The notes below the pieces were generated by a model. That model saw only the letters and a program-made list of their open reading frames with translations, was not told where the DNA came from and searched no databases. From a bacterium (lineage in GTDB: Bacteria; SAR324; JACQKK01): DNA of 64,000 nt. Where the stretch lies: NCBI GenBank assembly GCA_965249525.1, contig OZ252237.1, positions 1,316,080 through 1,380,079 on the forward strand. Direction: 5' to 3'. The position numbers were made by a program, and so were the translations under genes. Below are positions 10,060-18,971 of the stretch, one piece after another (position 1 is the first letter of the stretch; each line of letters opens with the position of its first letter).

Positions 10060-11691
10060 CTACAAAAACAGCCGATAGACAAGATTATCGGTTTCTTCCT
10101 GATATGCATAATTGATGTCTTGCAGAAACTGTTGAAAATCTTTCTGTTCTGCAGAGGGTATCTCAAATCCCATCAGCACACGGCCATAATCTGCCCCGTG
10201 CATGCGGTAATGAAACAACGAAATATTCCAAGAAGGATGCATCTCCAGCAAAAATTTCATCAGCGCACCCGGGCGTTCTGGAAACTGAAAGCTGTAGATT
10301 CGTTCATTTTTAGACAAGGTGCTTTTCCCACCCACCATATGACGGATATGTGTTTTTGCCAATTCGTTGTCGGTGAGGTCGGTGTGCTGGTAGCCGTGGC
10401 TATCCAAGGCTTGGGAAAACTGCTGTCGTTCCTGAGCATCGTCCAGCCCAATACCGATAAAAATATGCGCCTGATTCCTATCTGCCAAGCGGTAGTTAAA
10501 TTCGGTAATGGCATGGCTGCCCACCACTTTTTCACAGAAATTGCGCAGCGCCTGGCGTCTTTCCGGAAGGGTCACCGCAAATAGGGCTTCTCGCTGTTCG
10601 CCTGTAAGGGTGCGCTCCGCCACAAATTGAAAGCGGTCAAAGTTCATGTTGGCACCAGAGTGAATGGCTGCCACCTTCATGCCCTTGCTTTCTGTACGCT
10701 GCATGTATTTGTTGACGCCTGCCAGACCCAGCGCTCCTGAAGGTTCTGCAATGCTGCGGGTTTCTTCATAAATCCACTTGATAGCAGAACAAATTTCATC
10801 CGTGCTTACCGCTATCACGCCATCCACATATTTGGCAGCACAAGCAAATGTGTAGCGACCAGCCTGGGCAACCGCCACGCCGTCGGCAAAACGACCCACC
10901 TGGGCCAACTTTACCCGTCTGCCTGCTTTCAACGCCTGCTGCATGCAATTGCTGTCCTCAGGTTCCACCCCAAATACCTGCACCTTGGGCGATATCTGCT
11001 TAATAAACGCCCCAATGCCAGCAATAAGACCGCCACCGCCCACAGGCACAAACACCGCCTGGACATCCGGCAGCTGCTGAATCACCTCCAGGCCCACTGT
11101 ACTTTGACCTGCAATCACCAAAGGGTCATCAAAAGGATGAATAAACACCGACCCCTTCTTTTCACACAATTGCTCACAAAATACTGCTGCCTCCTCAAAA
11201 CTATCGCCCTGCAGCATCACCTCCGCCCCTAAGGAACGCACCACATTGACCTTAATCTTGGGAGTGGTACTGGGCATGACCACAGTGGCTGCTATCCCCA
11301 AATGCCGTGCCGACATCGCCACCCCCTGGGCATGATTCCCTGCAGATACACACATAACCCCGCTTGCCCGTTCTTTTGCCGACAAACTGGCAATCTTGTT
11401 GTACGCACCACGAACCTTAAAGGAAAAACCAGGCTGTAAATCCTCCCGCTTTAACCATACATCGCAGCCCCAACGCTGGCTTAAATTGGGCAGCCGTTCC
11501 AAGGGGGTACGGCGCGCCAAATCATATACGCGACTTAACAATACATCGCGCAAGAAATTCTTGCCAAAATCTGCCTTGCCAAGATCTGCATTGCCAAAAT
11601 CTGCCTTGCTAAAATCTGCCTTGCCAAAATCTGCCTTGCCAAAATCTGCCTGCCCTTCCAAGCCAACCTGTTTCTTAGGTTTTGCAGACAT
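10060..11691 (-). CDS. ilvA: Threonine ammonia-lyase, biosynthetic
   Basis: KREDLQPGFSFKVRGA, SAGNHAQG, two C-terminal ACT-like domains (FPERPGAL, SLFHYR); start taken at MSAKP. Confidence 0.97.
   Translation of the reverse strand: MSAKPKKQVGLEGQADFGKADFGKADFSKADFGNADLGKADFGKNFLRDVLLSRVYDLARRTPLERLPNLSQRWGCDVWLKREDLQPGFSFKVRGAYNKIASLSAKERASGVMCVSAGNHAQGVAMSARHLGIAATVVMPSTTPKIKVNVVRSLGAEVMLQGDSFEEAAVFCEQLCEKKGSVFIHPFDDPLVIAGQSTVGLEVIQQLPDVQAVFVPVGGGGLIAGIGAFIKQISPKVQVFGVEPEDSNCMQQALKAGRRVKLAQVGRFADGVAVAQAGRYTFACAAKYVDGVIAVSTDEICSAIKWIYEETRSIAEPSGALGLAGVNKYMQRTESKGMKVAAIHSGANMNFDRFQFVAERTLTGEQREALFAVTLPERRQALRNFCEKVVGSHAITEFNYRLADRNQAHIFIGIGLDDAQERQQFSQALDSHGYQHTDLTDNELAKTHIRHMVGGKSTLSKNERIYSFQFPERPGALMKFLLEMHPSWNISLFHYRMHGADYGRVLMGFEIPSAEQKDFQQFLQDINYAYQEETDNLVYRLFL
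11561..11650 (-). repeat. 15-bp in-frame tandem repeat x6 encoding (GKADF)n in the IlvA N-terminus
   Basis: Direct reading. Confidence 0.93.
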
Positions 11692-11872
11692 AACGCTTCT
11701 CTCAAACAATACCTTCCTTCCCTTAGCAACCATGCCATCATCAAACAAAACTCCTGCCATTCCAAGTAAAAATAGAAAAGCAGAAAAATAAAAACACAGC
11801 CCTCACTTATGATATCCACCACTTGCCCTTAAAAGCACATCGGGGGATGCTTGCAGCAAGCCGCTTTTCTTA

Positions 11873-11931
11873 TGCTTATCTCTCTGCTTATCTCTCTGCT
11901 TATCTCTCTGCTTATCTCTCTGCTTATCTCT
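11873..11931. repeat. 12-bp tandem repeat x5 (TGCTTATCTCTC)
   Basis: Direct reading. Confidence 0.93.
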
Positions 11932-12006
11932 TCTGCCTCTCACCACAAAACCACCCTCTGAAACCCTCTTTTGGCATGCTGGGTAACCATATCGCAAAAA
12001 TCACCC

Positions 12007-13077
12007 ATGTCCTTTAAGCCCCACCTCAAACAAATCCCCGCCTACCAGCCTCCCCTGCAGAACAGAGATCCCCAAAAGCAGCTGCTGTTGGATTTCAACG
12101 AATCCACCATCCCGCCCTCCCCCCAAGTGATAACAGCCATCCAGAACGCCATCCAAGCCGACCGCCTGCGATGTTATCCCAACTATGGCGACCTCCAAGC
12201 AACCCTCGCCAACTACGCACAGGTTGCCCCAGAACAAATACTCTTCACCAACGGCGCAGATTCCGCCCTCGCCCTTATTACCCGTGCCTGCCTCAGCCCA
12301 GGCGATGAAGTCATCTTCCCCCAGCCCAGCTTCACCTTCATCGCCAATCTGGCACTCGGCTGCGGTGCAGCAGTGATAAGACCCCCATACCAAACCCCCG
12401 CACTCTCCTTTCCCAAAGAGCAAATCCTCAAAGCCATCAGCCCTCGCACCCAGCTGATAATGCTGGTACACCCCAACAACCCCACCGGCGACCTGCTAGA
12501 TACCCACTGGCTCCAACACCTGCTCTCCTCACATCCCCAACTCAGCGTTGCCGTGGATGAAACCTACTTTGAATTCTCACAACACACCACCCTTCCCCTG
12601 CTGCAAAAGCATGCCAACCTCATCATCGTGCGCAGTTTCTCCAAAGCCATGGCTATTGCCGGGCTGCGCTTTGGCTACCTGATTGCCCGCCAGGAAACCG
12701 TTAGCCAACTGGCAAAACTCTGCCCCCCTTACGATGTCAACATCCTGGCAGCAACCGCAGCCAAAGCCCTGCTTGACCACCCCCAAAGCTGGAGAAACTA
12801 TGTCAAAGAAGTCATGCAGCACAGTAAACCTCTGCTGGAAGCTTTCTTCTCCGAACACAACATCCCCTTCTCTCCCAGCCACGCCAACTTTCTGCTGTTC
12901 TGGCCCCGCAATCCCCAACAACTGCTGCTGCAGCTGGAACAGCAGCATATACTGCTAAGACCGCAGCCGCCTCCCATCCAACAAAGCCTCAGGGTTTCCA
13001 TCGGCAGCAGGGAGCAAATCAAACCCTTGCTGCAACAGCTGGCGTCACTGATTGCCCGCCATGAGTCCCACCAATAA
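12007..13077 (+). CDS. hisC: Histidinol-phosphate aminotransferase
   Basis: LDFNE, PNNPTG, VDETY and RSFSKAMAIAGLRFGY (PLP lysine) motifs. Confidence 0.9.
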   Translation: MSFKPHLKQIPAYQPPLQNRDPQKQLLLDFNESTIPPSPQVITAIQNAIQADRLRCYPNYGDLQATLANYAQVAPEQILFTNGADSALALITRACLSPGDEVIFPQPSFTFIANLALGCGAAVIRPPYQTPALSFPKEQILKAISPRTQLIMLVHPNNPTGDLLDTHWLQHLLSSHPQLSVAVDETYFEFSQHTTLPLLQKHANLIIVRSFSKAMAIAGLRFGYLIARQETVSQLAKLCPPYDVNILAATAAKALLDHPQSWRNYVKEVMQHSKPLLEAFFSEHNIPFSPSHANFLLFWPRNPQQLLLQLEQQHILLRPQPPPIQQSLRVSIGSREQIKPLLQQLASLIARHESHQ

Positions 13078-13107
13078 GCAGCTGAGTGCTAAGATGCTGC
13101 ACAGCAG

Positions 13108-14259
13108 CTAGGGCTGGTAAATATCGCTGTTGGGATGAAAGCGCAGCCAAGCGAAGGCAAAGTGAACACCGCTGTTGAGGGGTTGAAGCTGGGTGCGATT
13201 GAGCGACCCTTTGGTGGCTTTGCCCAGAAAGTTCCAGTGAGAGTTGGTTTGCGAGTCTATCCAGGATTTTCCTTGCTTGTTGGCGATTTGCTTAAAGACC
13301 AGCTTTTTGCCTTTGACGCTGCGCTTAAATGCTGCTGCTGCACCCACATTGCGAGACTTGTTGAAACTGGCGTTATCCACAGGTGAGGCCACCTCTGCTT
13401 GAAAAAACACCACGATGGGGGTATCACCCAGGGTGTCGTTAATCACCTGAGATTTGGCCAGCCGTGAAAAAGGATAAACTTTTTGGGAAGCGCCAACTTC
13501 CACCACCAGTACGCGTTCTTTGGCTGGCAGTCGCTTGCTGGGAATTTGATCCAGCAGGAAGGGTCGTTGGTTGGGGTCGCGGTCATAGCCGACATAGGGG
13601 TTGCGACCATAAGAGCGCAGGGAACCGGTCTCACGGCTGAGGATTTGCCCTTTGGGGAAGATCTGGGCGAAGGTCTGAAAAGATACCACAGGTGCGGGGA
13701 TTTGTTTGAGTTTGCTGCCTGTGAGGCTGCCCACGATGGCTTCGCCTGTGATTTGCTGCCACCAGGATTCCGTTTGTCTATCCCACATGACGAGGTCGCT
13801 GCCGCGCAGTTTGCCAGTGGTGCCAAAGTCCAGCACGCGGCTGCCCAGACGGCGGTCAAACGCCAGGGCGCTGTTGCAAAGTGGACAGTAGGTAACCGAG
13901 ATGGGTTGACCGTCTACGGTGTCATTGACAATTTCGTGCCAGATAAGAATTTGCAGCGGATAGGCGCGCTGGGTTTTGCTGCCTTGAAACACCATGACGG
14001 GTTCTCTTGGACTCAGCCATTTTTTTGCTAGGGAGACAGTAACAAAGCGGGGGGTGTCAATGGGAGGAATACCGTCCTTGGGGGGTCCGCCAGAAATAAT
14101 TTCTTCCAGCGGAATGGAATGCTTGGCAAAATTGGTGCGCGGCCATTCACGCTTGAGGGAAGAGGTGACCTCCACCGACCAAGCTGAAGTAGCCAGCAGT
14201 AGGGCAAGAACCGCAAGGAATCCCTGGCGCATGAAGGGGAGGAAACAATGTTTGAACAT
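13108..14259 (-). CDS. DUF3179 domain-containing exported protein
   Basis: SGGPPKDGIPPID, HEIVND, YCPLCNS, DRQTESWWQQ and FAW motifs; signal peptide. Confidence 0.88.
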   Translation of the reverse strand: MFKHCFLPFMRQGFLAVLALLLATSAWSVEVTSSLKREWPRTNFAKHSIPLEEIISGGPPKDGIPPIDTPRFVTVSLAKKWLSPREPVMVFQGSKTQRAYPLQILIWHEIVNDTVDGQPISVTYCPLCNSALAFDRRLGSRVLDFGTTGKLRGSDLVMWDRQTESWWQQITGEAIVGSLTGSKLKQIPAPVVSFQTFAQIFPKGQILSRETGSLRSYGRNPYVGYDRDPNQRPFLLDQIPSKRLPAKERVLVVEVGASQKVYPFSRLAKSQVINDTLGDTPIVVFFQAEVASPVDNASFNKSRNVGAAAAFKRSVKGKKLVFKQIANKQGKSWIDSQTNSHWNFLGKATKGSLNRTQLQPLNSGVHFAFAWLRFHPNSDIYQP

Positions 14260-14469
14260 AGGAGATCTTTATGAGAAGTCAATTATTTAATGCAGAGGTT
14301 TTTGTTGAGGATATACTTATAGCATACACATTTATAGCACACACATTTGCTGAAAAGCATGGCTTTGGCTGCCCTCAAACATTCAGCCTGCGAGCTCCTC
14401 ACCAGCGCAATTGGACAAAAAACTTGGGACAAAAACCTTGGGACAAAAACCATGGGATAAAAACCATGC

Positions 14470-16011
14470 CTAAAAGCGCGGGGCGCCTAGGGAACGATTG
14501 ATGAGGTCACGAATACGCTCCCTGAGATCTGGCGTGGGGGCAATAGCTTCTGCACGGAAAAGCAGCTGCTGGATATCTACCCGGTCAATAACACCGCTGG
14601 CGATTGCTTCTTCGGCGAAATTTGCCAATCTTTGGGGCAGAGTGGCGATGAGGCGATCCCGTTGTTCCAGGGCAGTTGCAAGTTCCAAATCGTTAGAGGA
14701 GAAGCGAGCGGCTTCTAGGAAATTGAGCAAGGCGGAGAGTTCCAAATCAAAGCGATCCACGCCAATCTTGGCAGAGGCTTCATCTATTTGGCCTAAGCCA
14801 GTGCGCATGTGTTCGCTGTAGCGTTGGTTGTCGCGGAAGGCTTCAAGCGATGGTTCAGTACGGAACACCTGCTGCTGCTTGCGAAATTTTTCTGCTTCTT
14901 CCAGTACTTGCGGGTCAAACACCGTGAGGTCTTCCAGTTGGGTGAACACAAACCGTACGGTGCTTCCCCTGACTTGCACATAGGGGGGAGTGGTGAAAAA
15001 TTGCGGATCCAGCCTAGCAACCAGCAATAAACGGTTGGGGTGTTCGGGATGTTTTTCCAGGTGCAGATTCTCCAAAAAACCCAGCCTTCTTATGCTGCCA
15101 ATCTTTCTTCTAAAAGAAACATTGGGCAAAACGATCTCCAAAAAGAAAGAAGTATTCAGTGCATCCAGTAAGATTCCGCGCCGTTCACGCACTTGAAAGC
15201 GATAGTGCTGAGGACTCAATTTCACCGGTTCGGCATATTGCAATTCCAAGCCAAACTGAGACACCCGCTTGCCCAGCTGCGGTCTCACAGGCAGCACCCG
15301 CATACTCTCCAAGCGGTTGACTTCATGCACCACATTCTGCGCACCCCTGGTTTCCCCTAAACCAGATGATGATAAAATATTGTACGCCTGACGAAAGCTA
15401 ACCAATTCACGATCCCCATTGCTAAGCTCCAACACATATTGATGGCGATAACCATGGGCATCATAGCTTTTCTCCAAGCGCAGCACCTCTACCAAGTTAA
15501 AACTGCGCAAGCCAAACAAAACCACCTCTCCAGCCAGCACATCCTCCCCCTCATACACCTTGGCATACACCGAAGAACTCAGCACCAAAGACACAAACTT
15601 GTTTTTATCCAATACATCAAAACGATTGCTTTCCAGTTGCGGAAATATCAAGGCACGATTGCCAGACAACACCAAGTCCCCGTTTTGACTCCATCTCCTC
15701 AAAGTATGCATATCCCACAATTGAGACCCCGTCTGTTCCAGCAGCACCCGCAACACATACCCTTCCCGTCTGCCACCTCCCTCAATCGCTATCCCACGCA
15801 CCAACCGCCCCCGAAATGATGCATTCTCCAACAACCCTGACATCCGCAGGGCAGTATCTCGCTGCATCCTGCGTGGCAAACTGCCCAATTGCTGGGAGCG
15901 CACCATCACCACCATGGCTGCCAGCAACAACCACACACATATGACAACCCGCAACCAATGCTTCAGCCTCCACATCATAGGCTTCCATCCTCTTGCAAAA
16001 ACCACTAACAA
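14470..16011 (-). CDS. Hypothetical exported/membrane-anchored protein
   Basis: 513-aa ORF with an N-terminal hydrophobic segment; no family recognised. Confidence 0.7.
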   Translation of the reverse strand: MLVVFARGWKPMMWRLKHWLRVVICVWLLLAAMVVMVRSQQLGSLPRRMQRDTALRMSGLLENASFRGRLVRGIAIEGGGRREGYVLRVLLEQTGSQLWDMHTLRRWSQNGDLVLSGNRALIFPQLESNRFDVLDKNKFVSLVLSSSVYAKVYEGEDVLAGEVVLFGLRSFNLVEVLRLEKSYDAHGYRHQYVLELSNGDRELVSFRQAYNILSSSGLGETRGAQNVVHEVNRLESMRVLPVRPQLGKRVSQFGLELQYAEPVKLSPQHYRFQVRERRGILLDALNTSFFLEIVLPNVSFRRKIGSIRRLGFLENLHLEKHPEHPNRLLLVARLDPQFFTTPPYVQVRGSTVRFVFTQLEDLTVFDPQVLEEAEKFRKQQQVFRTEPSLEAFRDNQRYSEHMRTGLGQIDEASAKIGVDRFDLELSALLNFLEAARFSSNDLELATALEQRDRLIATLPQRLANFAEEAIASGVIDRVDIQQLLFRAEAIAPTPDLRERIRDLINRSLGAPRF

Positions 16012-16026
16012 ACCTTCTTCCCCTAC

Positions 16027-16653
16027 TTAAGACGCATCCCCCAACTCAATCAGTATATCCACTTCCTTAGGCAAACTATCCTTGGCTGCCCGCAATATCA
16101 ATTGCTCTCCTTGCACCGCCTCAGCTATCAACAATGCAGCCCGCAAAAAACCTGCCCTATACCGCACCAACTGCTTCTTATGCCTAAGCTTCCCCTCTGA
16201 TAATCCCGTTACGCGCACTTGCATCCCCACCCGCTTGTCCAATGAAACCGAAGCCTCTCGCTCCAATAATAACTGCAGCTTTAACGTCCGTTCACGACTG
16301 CCCCTAGTACCCAACACCCTCACCCGCACCTCTGTCGGCTGATACGGACGCTTCAACAACACGCCACCGCTGCTGGCAGGCACCCCATATGCCAGCCCTT
16401 GTCCTCCCAAAGCCTCCCCTACCAACGGAGAAGCCCGATAACCCTTAATATGTGCTTGCTCCTTCTCCTGCTTCCCCTTATCCTGCTTCCCCTTATCCTG
16501 ACCCCAAACCACAGAACCCCACATCACAACCACTACTATCCATATCCCCATGGTTAGGGCAACCACACACACCCGTTGCAAGATAGTCGCCGCCTTTATC
16601 TCACGGAAACTCTCATGACCTGATATTCCACAGATACTCTTTGCTCGTTTCAT
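16027..16653 (-). CDS. Membrane-anchored protein, possible LytR C-terminal-like domain
   Basis: TM segment then VRVRVLG...VRYRAGFLRAALLIA...VDILIELG pattern resembling LytR_C; start uncertain. Confidence 0.5.
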   Translation of the reverse strand: MKRAKSICGISGHESFREIKAATILQRVCVVALTMGIWIVVVVMWGSVVWGQDKGKQDKGKQEKEQAHIKGYRASPLVGEALGGQGLAYGVPASSGGVLLKRPYQPTEVRVRVLGTRGSRERTLKLQLLLEREASVSLDKRVGMQVRVTGLSEGKLRHKKQLVRYRAGFLRAALLIAEAVQGEQLILRAAKDSLPKEVDILIELGDAS

Positions 16654-17049
16654 CACGCACTCCCTGTTTTGTTGTTGAATCGTACAGCTGTAAAGACAAG
16701 CATCATCCATGCCTCCCAGCCTTAGCTTCATAAAGAACAAGCAGCCATTAGACTCAAAAGGGAAAACAAGCTTAGAACCCTTCTATCTTAGCGCAATTTC
16801 CTGTTTTCCTACAGCACCTGCACCAAAACACCTGCACCAAAACACCAGCCCTGCAACCATACCCACTTGTCCTATACCAATTCTGGACACAGCTCCGCCA
16901 GAATCCAGATAGCCTGCAATATGCACAGAACACGCCAATTTGCCATCAGAAAGCATTCAGGTAATAATAACCCAAAGTAGCTTGTACTAGTCCATCCTTT
17001 ACTATTGATGGCTTGCATCAAGATCCATCCCAGACCCTTGTCCGATGCC

Positions 17050-18306
17050 ATGAAAGACCCTGCTGCCGAACCTGCTGCCAAACCTGCTGCCAGCCCGTAT
17101 AGCGAGATACGTTGCCCCAACTGCAGCTTTTTGTATCGGGTGCCCACCGATACTTTGCGCTCCCGCCGCCGCCTGCGATGCAGCAACTGTTCGCATGTCT
17201 TTCCTTCTGCCCTTCACCCTGATGCCCCCTCTCCTCCAGCAGCAGAATCCAGCACTCCACAGCAGCAGCCCCCTAAATCTTTGTTCATTTCCCCCGAAAA
17301 AGAACAAGCTTATCTCAGTGCCGTGGAATTCAGCGGTGATGATGAACAGAGCTTCTTTGAAAAAGTCCCCGACCATAAACTCCAACAAATTTTTATGCCC
17401 AGCCCAGAACAAACCCCAGACCCAAAACCACCCCCCAGCACCCCCATCCCCTCCACAGCTGCCCCCCCGCCCACAGACAGCAGCAAACATCCCGATACGC
17501 AAGAATCCCAGATGGAACAGCTGGCTAACTGGACCACCTCCCAGGCCAGCACCGCTTCAAAAACCGCTAAAGAATGGTCGGATGTCTTCTCTTATCCCGG
17601 CCAAAACGACTCCGATCATCCTGACTTCCCTGCAGCATCCTCCCTACAACACGCAAAAAAATCTCGTCGCAACATGGTTTTAGGTGCAGTCGCTTTGTTC
17701 TTGGCTATTGCTGCTATGGTGAGCGCCTGGGGATTCTGGCTAATCCCGCCACCAGCTGAATCGCAGGCAAACACCTTGTTCACCCTGAAACATTGGCCAC
17801 AAGGAGAAGTGATAAAAACGCAGCAAAATAAGCAGCTGCTGGTCATCAACGGTTCTATCACCCATCATGCAAAATCTTCACAAAATCTCTCCTCCATGCG
17901 GTTGGCTGCTGTGGTATTCACCGGCGCCCCTCCAAAAATCAAGCACCATACTGCCTTTGGCTGGGCTGGACCCACCTTGTCCCCACAGCAGTTGAGAAAC
18001 CTGCACACTTTCCAAACACTGATATGGCAAAACAGCAAAGAAACACAGCTGAAAGCCAGTAAAAAACTCCCCCCAGAAAAGCCCATCCCCTTCCAGCTGG
18101 TACTCAAAAAACCCTTGAAGCCCATTTCCTTTTTAGAAATAGAAGTACTGGAATACACTCTGGGAGACCAACGGGTTCAGCTAAAAAGCCAGTACCTCTC
18201 TCTCCCTCAACAATACTTGCACGCCCTCCACTTGCAGTACTACACCGTGGCACAATACACAATTCGACTACTGGACAAATTTCAACGACTGTTACCGCAG
18301 TCTTAG
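17050..18306 (+). CDS. Zinc-ribbon (MJ0042-type) / DUF3426-like membrane protein
   Basis: IRCPNC...LRCSNCSHVF, Pro-rich linker, single TM, periplasmic beta domain (LLVINGSI...IPFQLV). Confidence 0.8.
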   Translation: MKDPAAEPAAKPAASPYSEIRCPNCSFLYRVPTDTLRSRRRLRCSNCSHVFPSALHPDAPSPPAAESSTPQQQPPKSLFISPEKEQAYLSAVEFSGDDEQSFFEKVPDHKLQQIFMPSPEQTPDPKPPPSTPIPSTAAPPPTDSSKHPDTQESQMEQLANWTTSQASTASKTAKEWSDVFSYPGQNDSDHPDFPAASSLQHAKKSRRNMVLGAVALFLAIAAMVSAWGFWLIPPPAESQANTLFTLKHWPQGEVIKTQQNKQLLVINGSITHHAKSSQNLSSMRLAAVVFTGAPPKIKHHTAFGWAGPTLSPQQLRNLHTFQTLIWQNSKETQLKASKKLPPEKPIPFQLVLKKPLKPISFLEIEVLEYTLGDQRVQLKSQYLSLPQQYLHALHLQYYTVAQYTIRLLDKFQRLLPQS

Positions 18307-18422
18307 CGGGGCAGTATGCTTAGCAGATATGTGCAGATTTATTGAGATGAAAAGGGATGCTTTTAAGAGAAAGCTGTGGCAAGTTTAGTTGTGGGCTGTT
18401 TGTTGTGCGGCATGCAAAGGTT

Positions 18423-18891
18423 CTGGTGTAAGGGGTTTGCTGGAAGCGGCTGGTAGGGGGCTTGCCTGGTAAGGGGTTTGCCTGGTAAGGGCTGGTAAGG
18501 GGTTTGCTGGAAGCGGCTGGTAGGGGGCTTGCCTGGTAAGGGGTTTGCCTGGTAAGGGGTTTGCCTGGTAAGGGCTGGTAAGGGGTTTGCTGGAAGCGGC
18601 TGGTAGGGGGCTTGCCTGGTAAGGGGTTTGCCTGGTAAGGGGTTTGCCTGGTAAGGGCTGGTAAGGGGTTTGCTGGAAGCGGCTGGTAGGGGGGCTTGCA
18701 TGGTAAAGGCTGGTAAGGGGTTTGCTGGAAGCGGCTGGTAGGGGGGCTTGCATGGTAAAGGCTGGTAAGGGGTTTGCTGGAAGCGGCTGGTAGGGGGGCT
18801 TGCATGGTAAAGGCTGGTAAGGGGTTTGCTGGAAGCGGCTGGTAGGGGGGCTTGCCTGGTAAAGGCTGGCAAGGGCTGGTAAGGGGTTTGC
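18423..18891. repeat. Composite G-rich satellite (~470 bp) built from CTGG-initiated 10-17-bp modules
   Basis: 7 copies of CTGGAAGCGG spaced 67, 83, 83, 52, 52, 52 bp apart, interleaved with CTGGTAAGGGGTTTG(C) and CTGGTAGGGGGCTTGC. Confidence 0.97.
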
Positions 18892-18971
18892 TTTAGAAGG
18901 ACTTGCAACAGGTTTGCTGGAAGTGGCAAAAGGGTAGCTTTAAGAATTATTTTGACGCCAGGAGGCTTGCA

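Noticed and set aside
13108-14259. Selenoprotein read-through in DUF3179 (selA is in the window)
   Set aside because: The motif is CPLC with cysteines and there is no in-frame TGA.
18440-18850. GCTGGTAG/GCTGGTAA as Chi sites
   Set aside because: They mismatch the E. coli Chi GCTGGTGG, and Chi sequences are lineage-specific; no support here.
18423-18891. Possible CRISPR array (also considered for 37930-38066 and 45053-45224)
   Set aside because: Units are contiguous or separated by other repeated modules; there are no unique spacers and no cas genes.
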